Shown: piece by piece, positions 17,845 to 28,400 of the stretch
How the letters are laid out: each line of letters begins with the position of its first letter
Position numbering within the stretch: the first letter of the stretch is position 1
DNA from: Giardia intestinalis
Lineage: Eukaryota
Strand: one strand, 5' to 3'
Assembly: GCA_000002435.2 (NCBI GenBank)
Contig: CM018791.1
DNA length: 64,000 nucleotides
Program-made: the position numbers and the translations under genes
The notes under the pieces: model-generated
What the model was told of the DNA's origin: nothing
What the model saw: only the letters and a program-made list of their open reading frames with translations
Database searches by the model: none

Positions 17845-20800
17845 ATGCTCCTATTCGCTCTTAACTTTTTGGCGAACCTTTTGGCAGACTGTGGGCCAGG
17901 TAGCGATTGCGTTCATGGGGTGTGCGGTACCACTGACGGATCCTTTGTCTGTCTGTGCAAGCGGGGCTGGACAGGCACTGCATGCGATGTGGTTGCACCT
18001 AATTTTAAACTGATTAGCTCCGGCAGTGATCCGAAGATAGAGAAAGCGGTCAACTTCGCGTGTTTAGTCAATGGTACAGAGTGTGATACCAAAAGGACAG
18101 AAACATGTCTTTATCACAATGGTGCATATTCATGTCAGAATAAATGCCCTGATGGATTCGTCATATACGATGGAGAATGTATCTCTAAGAGATGCTATTC
18201 GTCCAGTTCTGTATCGTCAGATACTCCCCAATCCAACCCCCCGTGTAATGGGAAGGGGAAGTGTGTCCTCAAGGACTTGGCGAAACTTGATCGTGCCGAT
18301 GAGGCAGACTACGTGTGCAGCTGTTTTCCAATTTATAGAGGAGATCTCTGTGACACCTGCAACCTAGAGAACTCCGTTGAGTCCGAAGCAGACAAAGGAA
18401 AATGCAATCCAAGATCCTGTCAGGATAGCGACGGGCTTGTCTGCTCTGGCAAGGGAAAGTGCGAGTTGGACTTTGGCTACAACCTCACTCACTATAGCTA
18501 CCAGTGCATATGCGATGCTGGATATACGCGTGTTGGCCACTCTTGCATCCCGTCAGCTTGTGTAGTGTACCTAAGCGGTACCCCTGTGACCTGTGGGGGC
18601 TTCGGTGAGTGTAAGGAGAACCCCGAGGGTTCAAATAGCTTCTCCTGTGCCTGCTATGAGGGCACTGTAAAAGTAGGAAATGGATGCACATACCGCACCT
18701 GCACCGAAAGCGAAAGTGCAAGCAAGATATGCGGAGGCATCGGTGTCTGTGTGCGTGATGACACAGAATACAAGTGTGACTGCAAAGGGTTTGCTACCGG
18801 CAGCTTATGCGATAGCTGCGTTTCTGAAAATGCAACCTCTGTGGGCAATCAATGTATACCAAATGAGTGCCTCGACGAAGCAGGCACGACGGTTTGTAAG
18901 GGCAATGGAAAGTGCATCCGAGCAAGTGGAAGGTACTATTGCCAGTGCCCCAACATGACTACATTCTTCAACAAACAGTGCATCTCGGTTAACTGCATTG
19001 ATCAGGAACTCAACCTCATATGCTCTGGTCACGGAACTTGTGACACCACCAGTCCCAAGGATATGAAGTGCACTTGTGAAAGTGGCTATGAATATATTGC
19101 GCCGGGTCGCTGCATTTCAAGCACACTGTTGGGAACGGACAAAAGGGTTTGCAATGGTAACGGATACGTGGCTATTTCTTCTACTAATACTATTGGTAGC
19201 GCGCCAAATCTTGTCTGCATCTGCTCTCCTATTTACACAGGAGAGAACTGCAGTACGTGCAACACTACAGGGGAAAACGCTCCTGCTGAACAAGTGGACA
19301 GTAACTGCGTACCAAAAAGTGTCATTGTTAAGTCTACTCAGCTGCATGCAAAGGAAGTAACTACAAAAGTATGCGATGAACAGACAGAGTACGTAATATA
19401 TGGAGATACTACACGTCCGTACATGACGTGTAGGGTGAAGAATACAGACGAAAAGAAAGTCATTGCCTATAATGCAACGCTTCTGGTGGAGCCAGACTGT
19501 ATGCACGTTAGTCAGGTTGATAGAACTAGGAGATTCTACTGTGGTTTTGCGGAAGGGTTGACAGACGGAATAACTACCAATGGGCCTAGCTGCAATACAA
19601 ATACAAATATTATTCCCTCTACTTCAACATGCGTATGTCCAACAAACTTTAAGCTCGTGGAGTTCATATACGGCAAGAACAAAGGAAAGCATACCTGCAT
19701 ACACGATGATTGCCATGATGGTAACCAAACTTACAACCAAAACAATTATTGTGGAGGCGTTGGGGACTGCATTAAGAAGCCCGGTGCAAGCAAATATGCA
19801 TGCGATTGTGGACAGGGTGCACGGTGGGACGAGACCATTAGGGAATGCGTGGCTGAGACATGCAAGATTGATAAACTTATATATGGCCCTAGCGAAAGAG
19901 AGTATTGCACAGAGATTAATATCGCGGCGAGCATCGACAACGTATGCCTCCCAGATGATAGCGGAAGGTGGGGATGCCACTGCACAGGGCGCTACATGAC
20001 ATATGGGAGCACGTGTACATCCTACGCAGCATATGCCACGGAAAAAGATGACCGCGCACGAGGCCCATGTGGCGGTCCTGGTGCGGGTTACATCAACGAC
20101 AGGAACAAATGTGTGTGCTATCCTGGGTTTGTGTCGATAGATGGGAAGTGCTACAGTAAGCAATGCTTGGCAATGGGCGTTATAGGATCCTACAATATAA
20201 GCCACGTATGCTCTGGACTTGGGGTATGTGCATACAACCCTGTCACTGGCTTCTATGGGTGCGAATGTCCCAAAGACACGGAATCATATGGGGCATACTG
20301 CACCCATACAGGATGTGTCGGACAAGTCTTTTCCGAAGGGGAGCTGAGATACGTACAGTGTGGTGTCCACACCAGAAGCATACAGTGCAAACAGAATAGC
20401 AAAGATAATACATATTCTTGTATCTGCTACACACCGTACAAGAAGATCGGTAACCTTTGCGTCCACCAACGGTGCATTAACGGTGACATATATTGCAGTG
20501 GAGATTTGCTTGCTAATTGTGAGCTCTTGGAGTCAATATATCAGTGTCAGTGCTCCGAAGGGTATGTGAAAGGTAGAAGCCCGCACGAATGCATCCCGAA
20601 GAAATGCACATATAGAAGATATGAGAGTGACCTGGTGACGGAGTGTGGCGGACTGGGTCGATGCGAGGGTGATAAACTTATCACCAAGAAATGTAAGTGT
20701 AACGATGGTGCTGAGCTGGTGTCTATGATCGACATAAGCGGTGAAATGCATGAAACATGTGTGTCCAAAAGCTGCATTTCTAAGCAGGATGATACAACGA

Positions 20801-22410
20801 TAGTTTGTGGCGGTTATGGACGGTGTGACGGCAACGCTTGCATCTGTGATGGAAATCTTGTCCCGGTTGGAAATGTTTGCGTAAGCAGTAAGTGCGTTGT
20901 TCAACTGGCAAGTGGAAGCACTTCTGTGTGTGGAGGTAGTACTGTGGGGACATGCACAAAGGGTCAAGGTGAAGACCACTACTCTTGCAAATGTGCAACA
21001 CCAGGGAAGACAGGCTTTAAAGAAGTTGATGGATACTGTCTCCCCAATAAATGTGTGTTCAACGTAAAGCAAAATGGAAAAGATGTTGACACGATGTGCG
21101 GCGGGGCAAGTCTTGGATCTTGCATTATCGACCCAACTGGCGATACTTCATACTGTAGTTGTCTAAGATGGTACAATATAACAACACTTAGTAGTGGCCA
21201 GTGTATTAGTACCAGGTGTGTTAATTCTGTTACCTCTGACAAGAAAGAGTGTGGAGGAAATGGAAGATGCGCTTACACAGATGGCACTGGGTATGAGTGC
21301 CAGTGTAATTCTGGATACAAAACGGTAACGGTCGGGCGTAACATTTATCCGTGCATCTCTGAAAACTGCCTAGCAGGTGAGTCAATGTGTAGTGGTCACG
21401 GGGAGTGCGTAAACAACGGCTGCAGCTGTAACAAAGGTTATACTGGTAGCAAGTGTGAGTCCTGTGCAACGGGGTATAGAGAGACTAACTCCGTCTGCTA
21501 TCTGGATGAGTGCCCACAAAGTGGCTGTGGACTAGCAGAAGCGGGAACCTGTGCGTTTACGGGCTTGCAATATCAATGTAGCTGTAATACTGGCTTCGTC
21601 TTAGATACCGAGACAAAGGCCTGTCGGCGTCCTCTTTGCACATATATAGATCCGTTTGACGGACAGGCGAAAATATGTTATAATATGGGAACATGCGCTC
21701 AGTCTGGAAGCACAGGAAAATGCGTATGTAATCAGGGAACTGTGGCTCTTAATGACAACATATGCGTCTTTGAAAACTGCATCACCAATAAGGATTCGTC
21801 CGAAATATGTGAAGGAAAGGGCGTGTGTGAGAGGAGTCCGGAGTCTAATACAGGCATTTGCGTGTGTAACACATCTCTTTATCGCACAGACAAGAAGAGT
21901 GGGCGTTGCTTCCCGGTGGGCTGCTTTTCCTCACAAGAGACTGGCCTGACTAATGTCTGTAATGGCGGTGGGACATGCAGCGTAACAGGGGTGGTTGGAA
22001 TTTGCAATTGTGATAGCGACTGGGTTACGATAGAGGGAATGTGTTACCCGGTTTCTTGCGTATTTGGAGGAGCCGTATGCAGCGGGTTTGGAAAGTGCAT
22101 CTTCTCTAGCAGCGGAGAGCACAGATGCCTTTGCGACCAAGGTTACGAGCCTGGTGAAGATTTAGGAACGTGCATCACTCGTTCTACAAAGGCAAAGCAA
22201 GGAGCGGCCGAGATATCGATAATTGTGGTGGTTGTGGTTGCTCTAGTGATTTTGGCAGTAGCCATATTCTTGATCTGGAAGTTCGTCATCAAACCTCGCT
22301 CCAAGTCACGCAAAAGAAGTAACAATGACCTCAATCAAAGATTGATCACGGTAGATGGCGAAGATGCTCCTGTGCTTTCTCCACGAGCTCGAGGACAGAC
22401 TCTGATGTAA
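17845..22410 (+). CDS. High-cysteine membrane protein (HCMP), EGF-like, 1521 aa.
   Basis: Signal peptide MLLFALNFLANLLADC. Dozens of EGF-like Cys modules (CxCxxGYxGxxC and CSGHGxC patterns). One TM (ISIIVVVVVALVILAVAIFLIW). A basic ~45-aa cytoplasmic tail without CRGKA. Start context GAGAAAAATAAATG. Confidence 0.85.
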   Translation: MLLFALNFLANLLADCGPGSDCVHGVCGTTDGSFVCLCKRGWTGTACDVVAPNFKLISSGSDPKIEKAVNFACLVNGTECDTKRTETCLYHNGAYSCQNKCPDGFVIYDGECISKRCYSSSSVSSDTPQSNPPCNGKGKCVLKDLAKLDRADEADYVCSCFPIYRGDLCDTCNLENSVESEADKGKCNPRSCQDSDGLVCSGKGKCELDFGYNLTHYSYQCICDAGYTRVGHSCIPSACVVYLSGTPVTCGGFGECKENPEGSNSFSCACYEGTVKVGNGCTYRTCTESESASKICGGIGVCVRDDTEYKCDCKGFATGSLCDSCVSENATSVGNQCIPNECLDEAGTTVCKGNGKCIRASGRYYCQCPNMTTFFNKQCISVNCIDQELNLICSGHGTCDTTSPKDMKCTCESGYEYIAPGRCISSTLLGTDKRVCNGNGYVAISSTNTIGSAPNLVCICSPIYTGENCSTCNTTGENAPAEQVDSNCVPKSVIVKSTQLHAKEVTTKVCDEQTEYVIYGDTTRPYMTCRVKNTDEKKVIAYNATLLVEPDCMHVSQVDRTRRFYCGFAEGLTDGITTNGPSCNTNTNIIPSTSTCVCPTNFKLVEFIYGKNKGKHTCIHDDCHDGNQTYNQNNYCGGVGDCIKKPGASKYACDCGQGARWDETIRECVAETCKIDKLIYGPSEREYCTEINIAASIDNVCLPDDSGRWGCHCTGRYMTYGSTCTSYAAYATEKDDRARGPCGGPGAGYINDRNKCVCYPGFVSIDGKCYSKQCLAMGVIGSYNISHVCSGLGVCAYNPVTGFYGCECPKDTESYGAYCTHTGCVGQVFSEGELRYVQCGVHTRSIQCKQNSKDNTYSCICYTPYKKIGNLCVHQRCINGDIYCSGDLLANCELLESIYQCQCSEGYVKGRSPHECIPKKCTYRRYESDLVTECGGLGRCEGDKLITKKCKCNDGAELVSMIDISGEMHETCVSKSCISKQDDTTIVCGGYGRCDGNACICDGNLVPVGNVCVSSKCVVQLASGSTSVCGGSTVGTCTKGQGEDHYSCKCATPGKTGFKEVDGYCLPNKCVFNVKQNGKDVDTMCGGASLGSCIIDPTGDTSYCSCLRWYNITTLSSGQCISTRCVNSVTSDKKECGGNGRCAYTDGTGYECQCNSGYKTVTVGRNIYPCISENCLAGESMCSGHGECVNNGCSCNKGYTGSKCESCATGYRETNSVCYLDECPQSGCGLAEAGTCAFTGLQYQCSCNTGFVLDTETKACRRPLCTYIDPFDGQAKICYNMGTCAQSGSTGKCVCNQGTVALNDNICVFENCITNKDSSEICEGKGVCERSPESNTGICVCNTSLYRTDKKSGRCFPVGCFSSQETGLTNVCNGGGTCSVTGVVGICNCDSDWVTIEGMCYPVSCVFGGAVCSGFGKCIFSSSGEHRCLCDQGYEPGEDLGTCITRSTKAKQGAAEISIIVVVVVALVILAVAIFLIWKFVIKPRSKSRKRSNNDLNQRLITVDGEDAPVLSPRARGQTLM

Positions 22411-22424
22411 ATTTGCGAGTGTGC

Positions 22425-23861
22425 CTACTGTGGCTCTGGCCCTTGTCTCTCCTGAATTCGTTGGAGAGTGGTATTGAGAACACTGGCTGAGTAGCGCAGG
22501 GGTGCACCTGGACGGTGGCCTGGAATGCCAAGAACAGATAGCTTGGAGCTTTCTAACGAAGAGCTGTTATTCATCTCTCGCTGAGTAATTGTAACCCCGG
22601 TAGCCAGCCAGTCATCTGAGTATTTATCGTAGTCAAGGGTCCCAGACCACCGGAGTAGATCATCAACACTCTCATCGTTCACAGAGGTAGCATAGCTCTG
22701 AACACTCTGCGAAAGCTTTTCAAGACTCGTTGGGGTGTCGTCCAAGAGAATGCTACATGTCGTTCTGAGGGATGGGTCGTGCTGGAGCGCAGAGCTGGCA
22801 ATCTGCTCTAGGTCATCAAGTCCCATATCCCTGAGTATTGAGATCTTCCGCATCTCTCTCATCCAAGCAAGGCGTTTTGCACGTCGGAGTTTCTCGAGCT
22901 CTCCCCTAGAATGGAAGACTGGACGCATCACTGCAGCCGAGGACTGAACTATGCTATCAGTTATTGAAGGATCTATGAGGCGCCACGGATTGTTCGTTAT
23001 GCGATGATACCAGAGGCGCTTATCGACGACTCCTGTCTCCTGCTCAACAGAATAGTTGCGTGGAGCCGTTATAGATACATCACAGACATGCTGATTCTTT
23101 AGGAAAACCTTCCAGTAGAGCCGTGGTGGCCATGGTGCATTGTCTGGGGTGCCAAGCCGAAAGCGAATAACAAAGTCCTCAGCCAATGCCTCTAGATTGC
23201 GAGCTCCGGTGGGGTCAAGGTTCCTCAAAAGCTGCATGGGTGATGAGCTAGTCTGCCTTGTTATCTCGGCAATGTGTGCTTGCAGGTGGAGAAACACGCG
23301 TCGATAAAGATTGCCGCGATATCTACTTTGAATCACTCTTGCGGCCCAGCGTGCTGCCCCAGTCTGGCCTTGCCCTTTCATGGTTTGGAAATGAAACAGG
23401 ATGCAGGAAGCCGCAATCTTGTAGATAGGATAAATGTGGAATGCCCGATAGATACGAGCGCGCTTTAGCCTGAATGCTTGCTGAATACGAGTGGCACAGA
23501 AAAGAGAAAACTCTTGGGCACGAGCATCCCTGCTGAGAGCTATGACCTGAACTTGCTCTCTGGCCTCAAACTGTGCTATAAATTTTGCAATAAGGGAAAT
23601 GCGGACCTGACGTGATTCTGGGACAGCCTCAAGCTTTGATATATTCGTATCTTGATTAACTACTGGACACCTCTGACAAAGACCCTTTGAGATCAATCTC
23701 CAGAGTCTCTGAATAGTTATAGTAGCACTCAAAATACCAAGAATAGAGTATTTGGATGGATGTTTAAGATAGTATCGACGAAGAAGAGGACAGTTGTAGA
23801 TTGTTCGGCGACGTGGAGCGGTGCAATCTTCATTTGCAGAACAGATGTCCCTTAAAATCAT
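22425..23861 (-). CDS. IQ calmodulin-binding-motif protein (hypothetical).
   Basis: Several IQ-like motifs: ITIQRLWRLISKG, RIQQAFRLKRARIYR and RVIQSRYRGNLYRR. 478-aa ORF with a verified ATG at 23861. Confidence 0.55.
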   Translation of the reverse strand: MILRDICSANEDCTAPRRRTIYNCPLLRRYYLKHPSKYSILGILSATITIQRLWRLISKGLCQRCPVVNQDTNISKLEAVPESRQVRISLIAKFIAQFEAREQVQVIALSRDARAQEFSLFCATRIQQAFRLKRARIYRAFHIYPIYKIAASCILFHFQTMKGQGQTGAARWAARVIQSRYRGNLYRRVFLHLQAHIAEITRQTSSSPMQLLRNLDPTGARNLEALAEDFVIRFRLGTPDNAPWPPRLYWKVFLKNQHVCDVSITAPRNYSVEQETGVVDKRLWYHRITNNPWRLIDPSITDSIVQSSAAVMRPVFHSRGELEKLRRAKRLAWMREMRKISILRDMGLDDLEQIASSALQHDPSLRTTCSILLDDTPTSLEKLSQSVQSYATSVNDESVDDLLRWSGTLDYDKYSDDWLATGVTITQREMNNSSSLESSKLSVLGIPGHRPGAPLRYSASVLNTTLQRIQERQGPEPQ

Positions 23862-23870
23862 TTTATTTGC

Positions 23871-24566
23871 ATGACTGACTCGCAGGTGTTCCAGCCCAAA
23901 TTTGACAGTGGAGCAGCTAGCACATCTCGCCTAATAGTCATTTTAGAGGGGGCCTTCCTAGAAACAGTCAAGAACAAGGATAGATATCAGCTTTTGAACG
24001 TTGACGATCATTTTACCATTCTGCGCAAGCACAAGCGTCAGGCAGATATTGCGCGCCCCGATATTACACACCAGACACTACTAACCCTTTTGGACTCTCC
24101 ACTGAACAAGGCCGGCCTACTAGAAGTGTGGATACATACCGAGAACAAAGTCCTGATCAAGATTGACCCCACCGTCCGTATACCGCGTACATTCAAGCGC
24201 TTTTGTGGCCTCATCGTCCAACTGTTATACAAGCTTACTATTCGTGCAGAGGACAGCAACCGGAAGCTCCTGCAAGTCGTCAAAGCAGACCTTAAGAAGC
24301 ATCTTCCGCCAGACATACGGATCGTGCTCCTCAGCAGAGTTGCTGGGAAGCCTCAATCGATGAAGCAACTTGCCACCGAACTTACAGGAGGGCTTTCCCC
24401 TCCGGACTGTAAGCCAGTGGGCGTGATCATTGGGGCCATTGCACATGGCCATGTAAGCGCAGACTATGCCACCGATCGAGCATGCATTTCACAATACGCC
24501 CTTTCTGCTGCAGCAGTGGCTGCCCGCGTGTGTGGTGCATTTGAGGACTTGTGGGGAATTCACTAA
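23871..24566 (+). CDS. EMG1: Ribosomal RNA small-subunit methyltransferase NEP1/EMG1 (SPOUT family).
   Basis: Strong alignment to human EMG1 across ILEGAFLE...ARPDITHQTLLTLLDSPLNKAGLLEVWIHT...VRIPRTFKRFCGLIVQLLYKLTIRA...GAIAHGHV...FEDLWGI. Confidence 0.88.
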   Translation: MTDSQVFQPKFDSGAASTSRLIVILEGAFLETVKNKDRYQLLNVDDHFTILRKHKRQADIARPDITHQTLLTLLDSPLNKAGLLEVWIHTENKVLIKIDPTVRIPRTFKRFCGLIVQLLYKLTIRAEDSNRKLLQVVKADLKKHLPPDIRIVLLSRVAGKPQSMKQLATELTGGLSPPDCKPVGVIIGAIAHGHVSADYATDRACISQYALSAAAVAARVCGAFEDLWGIH

Positions 24567-24711
24567 ACGTGCCAGCAGCATTGTGGAGGTGCATATAACC
24601 GAAAAGTAATCGAAGAGTAAACAGCGTCTCGTTATCTTTACCTCTAATGGAGCGTTTTTCAGCCACTCATCACACCCAACACGTTCAAAAACATTAAAAA
24701 AGAAAGGCTGG

Positions 24712-25392
24712 ATGGAAGAGATAGAATGTTCACTCATGGATATGGAGAACGCTCTTTCGGCATTCCAGAAGCACATCAGCGCCTATAAGTCTAACCCAAC
24801 AACTGCATCAGCCAAAGCATCACTCGCGTCTGCGGACACAGCTCTCTCCAAAGCCAAGAGCTTCCAGACACAAGTTGACAGCTTGCTCAAGGGAGTCACT
24901 GGCCTGGAAGCCCGTAGAGCACAGCAACAGTTTAAGCTTCTTCAAACAAAAATAGCAAATGCCTCACAAGAACTCGAGCAAGCAAAGCGCCGTGCAGACG
25001 CTAAAAAGGTATCCAGCAAGGCGAGCACAGTTGATGACCTCCTAACCATCGCTGCACAAAAGAAGCAAGAGAATGTCAATCTTCTAGAAGATGCAAATAG
25101 AAACTGCGATGAGGCAGGTACCATCGGAAATGCAATAGTTGAAGACTTGGGAAGACAGAATGAACAGCTGCGAGGAATAAGCAGCAGGGCAACAAAGATC
25201 CAAGCCAATGCGAGGGGCGGAGCGGAGATCACAAATAGAATGATCAAGTGTGAGAGAATAATTAAGATTGTTCTTTGGTCTGCATCTGTTCTCTTCCTCG
25301 GCTTATCTGCTTTAGGGTTCTATGTATACCACCACAATGTTCCTCACAACAATCCAGAGCCGGCTCCAGAGCCCTCAGAGATCAGATATTGA
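24712..25392 (+). CDS. Tail-anchored Qb-SNARE, GS28/Gos1-like.
   Basis: SNARE heptads TIGNAIVEDLGRQNEQLRGISSRATKIQANARGGAEITNRM parallel GS28 (VGTSILENLHMQRETLTRTQNRLNDTDSYLGKSNRMLKGM). C-terminal TM IVLWSASVLFLGLSALGFYVY. The poly(A) signal AGTGAAC lies 7 nt after the stop. Confidence 0.6.
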   Translation: MEEIECSLMDMENALSAFQKHISAYKSNPTTASAKASLASADTALSKAKSFQTQVDSLLKGVTGLEARRAQQQFKLLQTKIANASQELEQAKRRADAKKVSSKASTVDDLLTIAAQKKQENVNLLEDANRNCDEAGTIGNAIVEDLGRQNEQLRGISSRATKIQANARGGAEITNRMIKCERIIKIVLWSASVLFLGLSALGFYVYHHNVPHNNPEPAPEPSEIRY

Positions 25393-25398
25393 TCGTAG

Positions 25399-25405
25399 AG
25401 TGAAC
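25399..25405 (+). promoter_or_regulatory. Poly(A) signal AGTGAAC (exact AGTRAAY) for the 24712..25392 SNARE gene.
   Basis: Consensus match 7 nt downstream of the TGA at 25390-25392. Confidence 0.5.
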
Positions 25406-25463
25406 AGTAATCGTGTAAGACTGTCTATCCCTTTGTCCCCAGCTCAGTATGCAGCTGGTACGT

Positions 25464-28400
25464 CTAGGAGGCTTCGGGTGGACTACCTGGAGGACCGGGG
25501 CTAGGCAGCACAGTGAGTACCTCATCTAGCTCTGCGCTCGGGCTCCTCACATCATTGCTATCTTCTGGTGCTTTTGACGATGCTTTGAGTGTTCCGGTGG
25601 AGCCCTGCAGATTCGACCTATCCAGGGAACCTGCCCTGTTGACAAATACTTGACTGAAGCTGTCATTCACCGCCTCCGATCTTGAGGCAGATTTGCTTCC
25701 GTCTTGCTCTATCTTTCCGATGTATATCTCCATGTAGTTATTAAGGTCCTCTTCCTCCTCGGCCACCGGCCTACTCCGTTTGGGCGGAGAAGATACTAGC
25801 TCGCCAGATAAGTTGTAGACCCGCGCCGGTGTAATGCCATTAGTCCTCTTTGTAACACCTGGAGATGGCGCTGAAACAGTCGTTACATTTGTTCGAATGG
25901 ATTTAGGAGTTAATTCTTTGTCTGACGCAAACCGTACCTTGTTTGAGACCACTGTTACATCGTCTAATGTCACGGCGTTCCAACCGGGTCCCAAGCTTGC
26001 GTCCATGGATCCGTTGCTAGTTATAAACTCCAGCTGCGTGTCATCCTCTTTCCCGGCTGCTTCAATTATCGCCTTATGCTCATCTCTAGTGTAAACACCT
26101 ACCCGTGAGCCCTTGTACTTCTTTAGAACTGAAAGCATGCTAAAAATCTCTGTCCGGATGCACCGAAGCGCGTTAGCTGCGCTGGTCTGAGTGGCCTTAT
26201 CACCTATAGCTATCAAATAGAGCAGCTTGTCAATGCTTCTTTCCTTGTACATCAGGATAGCGTTCCTCCCCACAGTACTGAGAGCGTGTGCAACATACGC
26301 AGCCGCTCGAAGACACTGAAATTCCTGTAAAGATACTTTTTGAACATGTTCACCGAGACTAACAGGGGTCAAGAACGTGCAGACAGCCGATACGACTCCA
26401 CGTCTTCCGAACTCCACAATAACGTTACCATCTCCGTAGCACTGTCCATACTTTGCATATTCCTGCTGAAATAGATTGAACATCTGCTGCTGCTTGGCAG
26501 AACGTCGTTTGGGATGGCTGCTAGAATCTACCTGAGTATCACTGTCCTGTAAGTTTTGTCTTCCTTGACGGTAAAATGGGGAGCTGAAGCACAAGTTTGC
26601 AACTGCAAGACATACCTGCTCGCGGAACGTAAAGTCATATGAGTCTAATAGTTGAGAGGCTTCCAGGCACAAGAAGCTGAGGTAATCAACGGCCCTATGC
26701 TCCAACAGCACTATGCTATTATCACGCTCTTTAGCAAGCCGCGCAATGACACCACACAGCCATGCACGGGCAGTTCCGTTTGCAACAGTTTTTAGTCCTT
26801 GTATTAAGAGCCCAAAGATACCAGTCACGCTGCGCCCAGCTATAGCGGCAATCTTTGGGTCTTCTAAGACCCCAGTTAACGCCTCGGCAGCACTGGCCAC
26901 TATGGCGGCTTTGGCTAGTTTTCCATAGTCTTCTTCCAAGGCAGAGTTTTCAATGCACCGTTTCAGCACAGTGAAAAGGACGTCTAGCGAACCTATTTCA
27001 TATAAAATCTTGGCAATCTCGGGGTGCTTAGCAAGATTTGCCAAGCACTGGCAGGCCCACCGAATAACACAGGGATTACAGCTCCCAGTAAGACCAAGAA
27101 GGGTCCGAAGCATCTGGTTACTCTTCTTGAGAATAGGCACAATGTGCTCTGATGGGCATATGTTTGCAAGAGCATGCAAAAGCCACGACGTTAGATTGCT
27201 CCAGGTAGAGAGGGGCACTTCGTCATTAAGGGAAGTAGCGCCATTGTCTCTATGTCCTGAAGTCGACGCACTCAATAAGCTGGGGCCTTTTGTGAGTGCC
27301 CGGTCAGTGCCAGCTTTAGATGCACTAGACGGGGCGTCAAGCTGGTTGCCCTGCTGATTGAAGAGATCAGAACTGACGTTTTCCTTGAGCTTAAATAAAC
27401 GCGTACGCGGGTTACGCCTCACTTCTCTGCACTGGCCCGGGGCCACGTTAGAAGGGGGTGGTCCAGGTTCTTCCACTTCTATCCCGCAGCTGTCTAACAG
27501 CTCCTGAATATGAACCAGCACTTTGTTATTGATTAGCTCCTTTGCTATCATGTGATTCATCGAGAATATACTTGCCTCCGCAGTGTCAGGGTCCCCATCG
27601 TGAACACATGGCTTGGAGCTGATGCCAACTATGACCTGGCACGCTGCAAGTAGCGTGTTATTGTCGTTGACGGTCAACATGTTTATGAGGGGCTGGATGC
27701 CACCAGATGTTGTGACAACCACATCGCCACCGGGAACGTTCGCTACCTTCGCTAGCACCAGTGCAGCAGCCCGAAGAAACTGAGTAGATGCAGCTGGAAG
27801 GATCATGGAGCAGATGCGAGAAATAGAGTTTGCGGCGTGTATAAGCTCCTGCAGAACAGCCTGGTTGTTGTACTGTACCATTTTGCTGAGGCATAAGACG
27901 CATGGCTCATATATCTCCACGTCTATATAATCTAAGAGGGTGCAGAGAATGGAGACCAGTCCGTTTGTCCTAAGCTGATTACGCGCGGAAGCAGAGGAGC
28001 ACAGGTTGCAAACCATGTATATCATGGCAGATACCTCTTGTATAATGGCAGGCTCAACGGTTTTGTTTGGCTTCAGTTGATTGGTGAAAATGTTGCCGGT
28101 GAAAAGAAGAGGAATGGCTGCAGACAGGCGCTTAACCACGCTGGCAGGACCTTCCAGGTAGTGGAAGACCCGCCGGGGAAGTGCACACAAGAAAAGCTCG
28201 GTTAAAATTTGCATTGCACGGACCCGGATATCCGGTTCCACCTGCTGGTTTAAAAGAATAGAGAGGTAGATAGGGACACCAGCATCTAGCGTGACATAAT
28301 TATAATCGTCATAGTTTATAGAACGGGGATCTGTTCGCCGCTGGTAGGCCGCCTTGTTGTATTGCTCTGGGGTTTGTGACACAGGCCCGGCAAAAAGAAC

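Noticed and set aside
13156-22412. TGTAAAT / TGTAAAC heptamers just after the stops of both HCMP genes and the SMC gene, as variant poly(A) signals.
   Set aside because: They differ from the AGTRAAY consensus at the first position. They recur (10257, 13156-64, 22406-12) but I could not justify calling them features without 3'-end data. They are noted as possible variant signals only.
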